Shown here one piece after another: positions 56,307-64,000 of a DNA stretch of 64,000 nucleotides. The notes under the pieces were generated by a model that saw nothing but the letters and a program-made list of their open reading frames with translations, did no database searches and was not told the origin of the DNA. Position 1 is the first letter of the stretch. The number at the start of each line of letters is the position of its first letter. The stretch covers positions 71,577 through 135,576 of the forward strand of contig OZ220742.1 of NCBI GenBank assembly GCA_965116955.1, read 5' to 3'. Source of the DNA: Thermoanaerobaculia bacterium. Lineage in GTDB: Bacteria > Acidobacteriota > Thermoanaerobaculia > Multivoradales > Multivoraceae. The position numbers and the translations under genes are program-made.

Positions 56307-57074
56307 ATGACCGCCAAAGACGCACGACGCATCTTCGATCTGTCCGGACGCACCGCCCTCGTCACCGGCGGCAGCCGCGGTCTCGGCCGCGAGATGTCGC
56401 TCGCCTTCGCCGCCGCCGGGGCGAACGTCGTCGTCACCAGCCGGAAGATCGACTCCTGCCGCTCCGTCGTCTCGGAGATCGAGGCGATGGGCGGAAGCGG
56501 CCTCGCCCATGCCTGCCATGTCGGTCGCTGGGCCGACGTTGACACCCTGATCGATGCCGCCTACGAACGCTTCGGCAAGGTCGACGTCCTGGTCAACAAC
56601 GCCGGCATGTCGCCGCTCTACCCGAGCCTCTCCAAGGTCAGCGAAGAGCTGTTCGACAAGGTCGTCGGCGTCAACCTGAAGGGGCCATTTCGACTCGCCG
56701 CGGTGATCGGCTCGCGGATGGCCGAAGGCGACGGCGGCAGCATCATCAACGTGACCAGCACGGCCGCGATCCACCCGAGCGCCAATGCCGAACCCTACGG
56801 CGCGGCCAAGGCCGGACTGAACGCCCTGACCGAGTCGCTCGCTCACGCCTACGGCCCGAAGGTCCGGGTCAACGCGATCATGCCCGGGCCGTTCCTGACC
56901 GACATCTCGAAGGCGTGGGACCTGGAGGCGTTCAACCGGCGGGCGAAGACCTCCATCGCGCTCGGCCGCGGCGGCGAGCCGGACGAAATCGTGGGCGCGG
57001 CGCTCTACCTCGCCTCCGACGCCTCGAGCTACACGACGGGGGCGATCCTGCGAATCGACGGCGGCAGCCGTTGA
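56307..57074 (+). CDS. SDR family oxidoreductase
   Basis: TGGSRGLG cofactor motif, NNAG, and Tyr/Lys catalytic pair (YGAAKAG). Confidence 0.85.
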   Translation: MTAKDARRIFDLSGRTALVTGGSRGLGREMSLAFAAAGANVVVTSRKIDSCRSVVSEIEAMGGSGLAHACHVGRWADVDTLIDAAYERFGKVDVLVNNAGMSPLYPSLSKVSEELFDKVVGVNLKGPFRLAAVIGSRMAEGDGGSIINVTSTAAIHPSANAEPYGAAKAGLNALTESLAHAYGPKVRVNAIMPGPFLTDISKAWDLEAFNRRAKTSIALGRGGEPDEIVGAALYLASDASSYTTGAILRIDGGSR

Positions 57075-57076
57075 CG

Positions 57077-59350
57077 ATGGCGATGTTCGAGCCCCGCCGC
57101 GCCCTCGGCGTGGTCGCCCTGGCGCTCCTCGCCTGCGGAGGCGACGACTCGCCGCCGGTCGTCACCGATCTCGCCTCGCACCTGGATCTCGCCGACCTCA
57201 CGGCCGAGTCGAGCGAGGTCGTTCCAGGCGACTACGACCAGCGGCGGGAACTGATGGCCGGCTGGTCCCCGCCCCGGCAGGATGCTGAAGGCGCTTTCGC
57301 CGCGAACGAGGGATCGCGTTCGGAGATCGCCTGGCGTCTCGCCTGGACCCGACCGCTCGAGCTCGTGCTCACCGGTCGTTCCATGACGGCCGCGAACGAA
57401 GCACCGGCCAAGGTGGCGGTCTCCTGGAACGGTGAACTGCTCGGGGACCTCCACCTGACCCCAGGCGCCGGCATGCAGGACCACCGGCTGGAAGTGCCGC
57501 TCAACGTGCAACGGACAGGAGCCAACACGATCCTCCTCGACTACTCCAGCGTGGCCGCGTCCTCCCCGACACCGCCGGAGGTCGCCTGGAGTCGCATCCG
57601 GGTCGAGGGCGCCGGTGTCGGCGCCAGGCCGGCGGCGACCGCGGACGGCAGCTTGCAACTGCCCTTCCGAACGGGGCTCGACTTCTACGTCATGCTGCCC
57701 GACGGCGGTTCACTGGCGCTGGACGACATCGAGCTCTACGGTCCCCAGGGCGCCTGGAGGAACGCCGACCCCGCTCCCGCGCTCCTGGTCTCCGTCCATC
57801 GCTACCCGGCGGCGCCGGCCGCGGTCAGCGAGACGATCACCGAGGGGCGGCGGCGCGTCCGCCTGCGACCGCACGAACTTCCGATCCGGATCCGCATCGA
57901 GCCGGTGGCCGGAGCGCGCCTGCCCCAGGCAGAGGCCGGGTTCCGTTTCTCCGGCGTACTGCAAGGCGCGGGTAACCCGTGGCCGCACGCGGCTTCAGCC
58001 GCCGCTGAGGCGCCGGCGGCCGCCGCTTCCGCACCGGAAGGCGACGCCAACAGCTCCGGAGTGAAGCCTCCTCACGTGCTCATCTTCCTCGTCGATACGC
58101 TCCGGGCCGATCGACTCGGCTGCTACGGCTACGAGCGCCCGACCTCGCCGAACATCGACCGGTTCGCGGCCGGGGCCGTTCGGTTCGAGCACGCGGTGGC
58201 CCAGTCCTCCTGGACCCGGCCGTCGACGGCCAGCATCCTCACCGGCCTCTATCCACACAACCACGGCGCCCGCAGCAGAAACCACGTCCTGGCCAGCGAC
58301 GTTCCGTACCTGCCCGAGATGCTCCGCACGATCGGCTATCGGGCGCTCGGCGTGTCCAGCAACAGCATCGCCGGACCGACCTTCGGGTTCCGCCGCGGCT
58401 TCAGCCACTTCAAGCAACTGCCGGAGAACCTCTCGAGCCCCGGCATCCACATTCCAGTCTGGCGGGTGGTCAACGAGACGCTGGAGTGGCTGGAACGCAT
58501 AGGCCCCGAAGACTCCTTCTTCGTGTACATGCACGCGATGGATCCGCACGCGCCTTACTACCCCCCGGAGCCACACCGGTCGCGCTTCGCTCCCGACGCT
58601 CCCGCCGGCCCACTGGGGACGAACATGGGCAAGCTGCAACCGTTCGAGATCCCTCACCTGAGCGATGTCTACGACGCCGAGATCGCCTCGGTCGACGAGC
58701 AGTTCGGCCGCCTGCTCGAAGAACTCGACAAACGCGGCTTCCTCGACGACACCCTGGTCGTGTTCGTCTCCGACCACGGCGAGGAGTTCCTGGACCACGG
58801 CAACCACGGTCACGGCTCGAACCTCTACCGTGAGCAGATCCACGTACCCCTGATCGTTCAGCTTCCGGCCCGGCTGCGAGCGGCGGTCGAACGCTCGGTG
58901 ATCGAGGAACAGGTGCAGCAGATCGATATCGCGCCGACGATTCTCGAGGCGATCGGGCGCCCCGGTCTGATCGAAACCGACGGCCGATCGCTACTGCCTC
59001 TGATGCAGTCCCGACGGAGCCGGGAGGAGTACCGGATCGCCATGTCCGACCTCCGCAACGACGGAGAGGCCGTCGACGCGCTACTGCTCGAGGAGGACGA
59101 CGAGCCCCGCCGCAAGCTGATCGACTACTGGAGCGCCTCGTTCGGGCAGACTCACCAGCTCTTCGACACGACCAACGACCCGGCCGAACTGCGCAATCTG
59201 CGCGCGAGGGAGCCGCATTGGGCCGGCTACCTGCGGGCGGTCGGCAGGCTCATGCGCCGTGGCTCGCGACAGCAACTCGAACCCGGCCTGGAGCCGGACA
59301 TGCCGCCGGAGCAGCGCCGCGCGCTCGAAGCGCTCGGCTACCTGGACTAG
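57077..59350 (+). CDS. Sulfatase-like hydrolase/transferase (alkaline-phosphatase superfamily) lipoprotein, lacking the formylglycine Cys/Ser
   Basis: Internal ATG at 57077. Lipobox-type signal (LALLAC|GGDD). Sulfatase N-domain motif LVDTLRADRLGCYG. At the expected C/S-x-P-x-R site the sequence reads SWTRPSTASILTG, so Thr replaces the FGly Cys. Large N-terminal non-catalytic region. Confidence 0.6.
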   Translation: MAMFEPRRALGVVALALLACGGDDSPPVVTDLASHLDLADLTAESSEVVPGDYDQRRELMAGWSPPRQDAEGAFAANEGSRSEIAWRLAWTRPLELVLTGRSMTAANEAPAKVAVSWNGELLGDLHLTPGAGMQDHRLEVPLNVQRTGANTILLDYSSVAASSPTPPEVAWSRIRVEGAGVGARPAATADGSLQLPFRTGLDFYVMLPDGGSLALDDIELYGPQGAWRNADPAPALLVSVHRYPAAPAAVSETITEGRRRVRLRPHELPIRIRIEPVAGARLPQAEAGFRFSGVLQGAGNPWPHAASAAAEAPAAAASAPEGDANSSGVKPPHVLIFLVDTLRADRLGCYGYERPTSPNIDRFAAGAVRFEHAVAQSSWTRPSTASILTGLYPHNHGARSRNHVLASDVPYLPEMLRTIGYRALGVSSNSIAGPTFGFRRGFSHFKQLPENLSSPGIHIPVWRVVNETLEWLERIGPEDSFFVYMHAMDPHAPYYPPEPHRSRFAPDAPAGPLGTNMGKLQPFEIPHLSDVYDAEIASVDEQFGRLLEELDKRGFLDDTLVVFVSDHGEEFLDHGNHGHGSNLYREQIHVPLIVQLPARLRAAVERSVIEEQVQQIDIAPTILEAIGRPGLIETDGRSLLPLMQSRRSREEYRIAMSDLRNDGEAVDALLLEEDDEPRRKLIDYWSASFGQTHQLFDTTNDPAELRNLRAREPHWAGYLRAVGRLMRRGSRQQLEPGLEPDMPPEQRRALEALGYLD

Positions 59351-60130
59351 TCAGGCGCGGCGAACCGTCAGTCCACCGTCGACCGGCAGCGCGACGCCGG
59401 TGATGAAGGACGAGGCGGGCAGGCAGAGGTGCAGCGTGCCGTGGGCCACCTCCTCCGGATCCCCGTAGCGGCGGAGGGCTGTGCGCCGGCGCGCGTAGAT
59501 CTGCTTGTGCTCCTCGGGAATCCGCTCCGTCATCGCGGTGCGGATGGGGCCGGGGCAGATGCAGTTCACGGTGATGCCCTCCTTGCCGAGTTCCACCGCC
59601 AGGCCCCGGGTCAACCCGATGACCCCGGTCTTCGCCGCCGAGTAGGCGCTGTTCATGGCCGTCGCTCCCAGCCCCTCGGTGGAAGCGATGTTCACGATCC
59701 GCGGTGAGTCCGACTTGCGAAGATGGGGCAGCGCCGCCCGAATCGTCCGCTGGTGCGCGGTGAGAAGCACGTTGACCGTCTCCTGCCAGCGCGCCTCGTA
59801 CTCGTCCGCGTCGATCGGGCCGCCGCGCGAGATGCCTGCGTTGTTGACGAGGATGTCCAGACCGCCGTAGCGAGCCGCCACCTCGTCGACCACGCGACGG
59901 ATCGCATCGCCGTCGCCCACGTCGAGCGTCCAGGCAGTGGCCTCCCGGCCGGCGGCCTCGATCTCGGCCACCGTCGCCCGGACGCCGTCCGAGTTGATAT
60001 CCGTCGCGGCGACGTTCGCGCCCTCGGCCGCGAACAGCTTGGCCGTCGCCCGCCCCATGCCGGAGGCGCAGCCCGTGATGAGCGCCGTCAGGCCCTCGAC
60101 CGACCGGCTCAACGTGCTCAGCCCCGTCAT
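59351..60130 (-). CDS. SDR family oxidoreductase
   Basis: Internal ATG at 60130 with GGAGGAG 7 nt upstream. ITGCASGMGRA, NNAG, and YSAAK motifs. Confidence 0.8.
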   Translation of the reverse strand: MTGLSTLSRSVEGLTALITGCASGMGRATAKLFAAEGANVAATDINSDGVRATVAEIEAAGREATAWTLDVGDGDAIRRVVDEVAARYGGLDILVNNAGISRGGPIDADEYEARWQETVNVLLTAHQRTIRAALPHLRKSDSPRIVNIASTEGLGATAMNSAYSAAKTGVIGLTRGLAVELGKEGITVNCICPGPIRTAMTERIPEEHKQIYARRRTALRRYGDPEEVAHGTLHLCLPASSFITGVALPVDGGLTVRRA

Positions 60131-61533
60131 CAGGACGCTCCTCCACCGGCCTCGACCCAGGCAAGGGTGTCGTTCAGGCCGCGGCCGAAGCGCTCCAGGA
60201 TCTCGTCGACGTCCGACTCGGTGACGATCAACGGCGGACAGAACGCCACCGTGTCGCCCAGCGCCCGCACGATCAGACCGTGGTCCAGGCAACGTTCCAT
60301 GCAGTACGCCCCCACTCCGCGCTGGATCGGAAAGGCCTCGCGGCTCTCCTTGCCCGCCACGAGCTCGCAGGCGCCAAGCAGTCCCTTGCCCCGTGCTTCC
60401 CCCACCAGCGGATGATCGGCAAAGCGACGTAGCCCGATCTGGAAGTAGCGCCCGACCCGGGCGGCGTGAGCGAAGAGGTTCCGCTCCTCCATCAGCTCCA
60501 GCGCCTTGAGCGCCACGGCCGCACAGACTGGATGGCCCGTGTAGGTGAAGCCGTGCCCGAAAACGCCCCAGCGCTCCCCGGCCTCCACGAAGACGTCGAC
60601 CATCTCGTCGGGCACCAGCACCGCGCTGATCGGCAGATAGGCGGACGACAGAGCCTTCGCCACCGAGGCGGTATCCGGCCTCATCTCCATCGCCTCGGCG
60701 CCGAACGGCGTACCGAGCCGCCCGAAACCGCAGATCACCTCGTCGTCGATCAGCAGCACATCGTGCTCGTCCAGGACCGCCTGGATCGCCGGGTAGTAGC
60801 CCTCGGGCGGCACGACGACGCCACCGGCGCCCAGCACCGGCTCGGCGATGAAGGCCGCTACGGTCTCAGGCCCCTCGGCACGGATCAGCTCGTCGAGTTC
60901 GGCCGCCAGCCGGGCCGTGAACTCCGCTTCCGTCTCGCCCGGCTCGCCCTCGCGGTAGTGGTGCGGGCAGGTCACGTGGCGGAACTGCGGCAGCGGCAGA
61001 TCGAAGCTCTTGTGGAACGGCGGCAGCCCGGTCATGCTGCCGGCGGCCACGGAAACCCCGTGGTAGCCCCGCCGGCGGCTGATGATCTTCTTCTTCTCCG
61101 GCCGGCCGAGCGCGTTGTTGTAGTACCAGACGAGCTTGACCTGGGTGTCGTTCGCGTCCGAACCGGAGGTGCCGAAGAAGGCCTTCGCGTTCGCGACCGG
61201 CCCGATCTCGCGCAGCTTCTCGGCCAGCGCGACCGCCGGTTCGTGGCTGCGACCCGCGAAGAGATGGGCGAAGGAGAGCTTCCGAATCTGCTCGGCGGCC
61301 GCGTCCGCGAGTTCCTCCACGCCATAGCCCAGGGCGGTGCACCAGAGGCCGGCCAACCCCTCGATGTACTCGTTGCCGGCCTCGTCCCAGACCCGGATGC
61401 CCTGCCCCCGCTCGATCACCAGCGGGCCGTCGCGCCGCAGCGCCGGCAGGTCGGTTGTCGGATGCAGGACGGACTGATGGTCGCGATCTGACGTGGAGGG
61501 GGCGAACGAAGTCGCTTCGGCGGGTAGGCTCAT
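60130..61533 (-). CDS. Class III (omega) aminotransferase, aspartate aminotransferase superfamily
   Basis: 467-aa. Class-III pattern (GSDANDTQVKL, DEVICGFGRLG, PLP-Lys region ASVAKALSS). Confidence 0.8.
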   Translation of the reverse strand: MSLPAEATSFAPSTSDRDHQSVLHPTTDLPALRRDGPLVIERGQGIRVWDEAGNEYIEGLAGLWCTALGYGVEELADAAAEQIRKLSFAHLFAGRSHEPAVALAEKLREIGPVANAKAFFGTSGSDANDTQVKLVWYYNNALGRPEKKKIISRRRGYHGVSVAAGSMTGLPPFHKSFDLPLPQFRHVTCPHHYREGEPGETEAEFTARLAAELDELIRAEGPETVAAFIAEPVLGAGGVVVPPEGYYPAIQAVLDEHDVLLIDDEVICGFGRLGTPFGAEAMEMRPDTASVAKALSSAYLPISAVLVPDEMVDVFVEAGERWGVFGHGFTYTGHPVCAAVALKALELMEERNLFAHAARVGRYFQIGLRRFADHPLVGEARGKGLLGACELVAGKESREAFPIQRGVGAYCMERCLDHGLIVRALGDTVAFCPPLIVTESDVDEILERFGRGLNDTLAWVEAGGGAS

Positions 61534-61582
61534 CTCGACTCCCGGATCGGGACAGGTTCAACGTACAAAGCAGGAGCAGTCT

Positions 61583-62122
61583 ATGCCGCATCGAGCCGCC
61601 GCCGTACACGTCGCAGCCGCCACTCTGGTGATCACCGTTGTCGCCACCACCGGCGCCGCCCTCTCGGCAGAAGACCTCGAAATCCGCTTCCTCGACGAGG
61701 CGTGGAACGGCGAAACCGTGCCCGAGGGCAGCCAGTGCCAGAAGTTCGGCGGTGAAGCGGGGTCTCCCGCCATCCACGTCGCCGGCATTCCCGAACAGGC
61801 GAACGCGCTGATCATCGAGTTCAGCGACCGCGACTTCGCGCCGATGGACGACGGCGGCCACGGCAAGTTCGGCCTCGAGATCGAGGCCGGCGCGGGCAGC
61901 GTCGATGTCGGTTCCGTGCCCGGCCATACGAGCGACCTGCCGGCCGGCTTTTTCGTCGTCGAGGAGCACAAGGCGCCGACATGGGACAAGGCCGGCGCCT
62001 ACCTGCCGCCCTGCTCCGGCGGCCGCGGCAACAGCTACTACCTGACGGTCAAGGCGGTCCACCGCATGGGCGACGAAACCCACGAACTGGCGGCCGCGAC
62101 GCTGGAGATGGGCAAGTACTGA
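61583..62122 (+). CDS. Secreted YbhB/YbcL (PEBP-like) family protein (putative)
   Basis: ATG 61583 preceded by AGGAG. Signal peptide. C-terminal AYLPPCSGGRGNSYYLTVKAV resembles the bacterial PEBP motif. Confidence 0.45.
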   Translation: MPHRAAAVHVAAATLVITVVATTGAALSAEDLEIRFLDEAWNGETVPEGSQCQKFGGEAGSPAIHVAGIPEQANALIIEFSDRDFAPMDDGGHGKFGLEIEAGAGSVDVGSVPGHTSDLPAGFFVVEEHKAPTWDKAGAYLPPCSGGRGNSYYLTVKAVHRMGDETHELAAATLEMGKY

Positions 62123-62133
62123 GGAGGCACCCC

Positions 62134-63348
62134 TCAGAGATCGGTGTCGCCCCGGAGTAGCTGGCGGGCGATCATCCGGTTCATGATCTCGTTCGAGCCG
62201 TCGGCGACGTTGACAACCCGCAGGGCCTTCCAGGCCTCGGTGAGGCCGAGGTCGTTCGTGAAGCCCAGGGCGCCGTGGGTTTGCATGGCCCGATCGACGG
62301 CCCGCAGCCCCACCTGGACCGAGTAGGCCTTCGTCATGCTCAGTTCCTTGATCGCGCGGCTGCCGCCATCGAGCAACCGGGCGGCGTTTCTCCCCATGAG
62401 ATGCGCGGCATGGAGTTCCGTTGCGGACTCTGCCAGGGGAAAGCTCACGCCCTGGTACTCGGCGATCGGGGAGCCGAAGGCTTCACGCGTCTGGGCGTAA
62501 GCGAGGGCCGTTTCGATCGCCCAACGACCGGTCCCCACCGCTCGCGCCGAGTTGTAGACGCGGCCGAGCGAAACACCGTAGAGCGCCGCGGCCAGACCGC
62601 GGTCGACCTCCCCGATGACCTGCCACGGCTCGACGTAGAGGCCATCGAGAGCGATCTCGGCCTCGTCGCCGCCGATGTCGCCGAACAGCTCGACGACGCG
62701 CATCCTCCGGAAGCCGTCCGCTCCGGTCGGCACGATGAAGGCGGTGATCCCCCGTTCGCCGGTACGCGCGAAGAGCACGCAGTAGTCGGCGATCGGTCCG
62801 TGCGTGGTCCAGATCTTGCGGCCGGTGATCCGCCAGCCGTCGCCGTCGCGCTCGGCCCGGGTCGCAAGCGCCGAGAGATCAGAACCGGCGCCCGGCTCCG
62901 AGAGCCCGAAGCACATGATCTTCGACCCGTCCATCAGCCCCGGCAGGAAGCGTTCGCGCGCGCGCCCGGAGAGCTGCGACAGGAGCCGGCTGGGACCGAA
63001 AGCCCAGTGCGCCATGACGTGCAGCAGGAGCCACGGACGCGGCCCCAGGCGGTGAAAGAGCGACTGCCAGCCGGCGTAGTAGGCGAGATGCCCGTGGCCG
63101 CCGCCGCCGAGCTCCTCGGGAACGCAGGCTGTGAAGATCCCTTCGCGCGCGGACGCCGTGCGCACTTCCCTGATCAGGTCGACGACGGCGGGTTGAAGCC
63201 GCCCGCCGGTGTCGTAGCGCTCACGCGGATCGTCGAGCAGTGTGCTGTGCCGCTCGTGCCGCGGCAACACCTCGCGCTCGGCGAACTCCAGCGTACGCCG
63301 CCGGAAGTCGTCGACCTCCGGCGGCAGCGGCTCAGCGATGGCGGTCAT
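62134..63348 (-). CDS. Acyl-CoA dehydrogenase family protein
   Basis: 404-aa. ACAD N/M/C domains (MCFGLSEPGAGSD, GRKIWTTHG, C-terminal catalytic region). Confidence 0.8.
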   Translation of the reverse strand: MTAIAEPLPPEVDDFRRRTLEFAEREVLPRHERHSTLLDDPRERYDTGGRLQPAVVDLIREVRTASAREGIFTACVPEELGGGGHGHLAYYAGWQSLFHRLGPRPWLLLHVMAHWAFGPSRLLSQLSGRARERFLPGLMDGSKIMCFGLSEPGAGSDLSALATRAERDGDGWRITGRKIWTTHGPIADYCVLFARTGERGITAFIVPTGADGFRRMRVVELFGDIGGDEAEIALDGLYVEPWQVIGEVDRGLAAALYGVSLGRVYNSARAVGTGRWAIETALAYAQTREAFGSPIAEYQGVSFPLAESATELHAAHLMGRNAARLLDGGSRAIKELSMTKAYSVQVGLRAVDRAMQTHGALGFTNDLGLTEAWKALRVVNVADGSNEIMNRMIARQLLRGDTDL

Positions 63349-63357
63349 GGCGCGAAA

Positions 63358-64000
63358 CTAGCCGCCGCCCAGCGCCCCATCCAGGGCGTCGAGCTTCTGC
63401 TTCAGCACACCCGATTCGGCGCCGATCGTGTCGCCGACGACGAGCGTCAGGTCGGTGTCGGGCTGGTATCGCGGCCACTCGGGCAGCCCCTCGCCGTTCG
63501 GGTCGCCGGTCTTCGCGAAGTTCGTCCAGTAGCTCGACAGCAGGTCGGCGATCTCGTGGTCCCAGTCCTCCCAGTTGATGCCCACCAAGTCCGTGTTGCC
63601 GAAGACGTACGCCAGATCGCCGGAATGGTAGGCGCCCATCCGGCGCGGACCCCCTGCGCCGCCCAGGTCCGGGCGGTCCGGCAGGTAGAGCCGGAACACC
63701 GGCGGCGCGTGCGGGATGTAGTAGAGCCAGGCGTCGCCGCCCGCGGCCGCGGCGTGGCGGACCCAGGTCCGGCTGCCCCAGCCGAAGATCGTGTCGGAGA
63801 AGATCAGGCTCGGCACCGCGCCGGGCGCCGCCTCAGCTTCAGCGGCGTAGGCGGCCAGGAGCCCGGCGCCCGCCTCCCCGTACTGCTCCTCCAACTGCCG
63901 TTCGAGCTCCGGGCGCTTGAGCGCCGGACCGGGAGCGAACAGCGCGCGCGACTCGTCGCCCATGAAGCCCACCATCATCGGCACCCGGTTGTGCTCGCCA
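63358..64000 (-). CDS. Carboxylesterase type B (partial; N-terminus beyond window end)
   Basis: C-terminal 200+ aa of a type-B carboxylesterase/lipase (..PEWPRYQPDTD...). The reverse-strand ORF continues past position 64000. Confidence 0.6.
   Translation of the reverse strand, partial: GEHNRVPMMVGFMGDESRALFAPGPALKRPELERQLEEQYGEAGAGLLAAYAAEAEAAPGAVPSLIFSDTIFGWGSRTWVRHAAAAGGDAWLYYIPHAPPVFRLYLPDRPDLGGAGGPRRMGAYHSGDLAYVFGNTDLVGINWEDWDHEIADLLSSYWTNFAKTGDPNGEGLPEWPRYQPDTDLTLVVGDTIGAESGVLKQKLDALDGALGGG

Overview
This is a high-GC (about 70%) bacterial chromosomal window, probably from a Gram-negative organism: it carries mltA, a LolD/FtsX-type ABC exporter and lipoprotein signal peptides. It is densely packed with about 55 protein-coding genes on both strands. 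I found no rRNA, tRNA or CRISPR array. Many of the long six-frame ORFs are Arg/Pro/Ala-rich high-GC artefacts lying antisense to, or out of frame with, the real genes. The calls below rest on recognisable protein motifs, start-codon context and stop/start coupling; ATGA, GTGA, TGATG and TAGTG overlaps are common in this genome. Landmarks are:
- a translationally coupled neutral-lipid cluster of two WS/DGAT acyltransferases, an alpha/beta-hydrolase lipase, a phasin-like protein and a GNAT (6.6-11.3 kb);
- a pyridine-nucleotide-disulfide oxidoreductase::SelD (selenophosphate synthetase) fusion;
- rpsD;
- a cytochrome-c/copper-monooxygenase-like gene with no canonical start codon;
- sqdB (UDP-sulfoquinovose synthase), divergent from a glycosyltransferase/deacetylase pair;
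- metX, mltA and gloA;
- an ABC exporter plus MFS operon carrying a perfect 43-45 bp duplication at a gene junction;
- several SDR, MBL-fold and aminotransferase genes.
The best candidate for an undescribed system sits between the alkylation-repair genes ogt and alkA (25.68-31.20 kb), under an AT-rich promoter that appears to give a leaderless transcript. It is a two-gene module: a COG1373-type AAA ATPase with a DUF4143-like PD-(D/E)xK C-terminus, coupled by an ATGA overlap to a 1406-aa NACHT-type STAND NTPase whose C-terminus carries a closely similar D-x12-E-I-K nuclease-like motif. A second suspect patch (44.7-47.0 kb, lower GC) holds a DUF429-like protein with a C2H2-like zinc finger, a 35-bp terminal inverted repeat (MITE-like or structured-RNA element), and a coiled-coil/PD-(D/E)xK protein.
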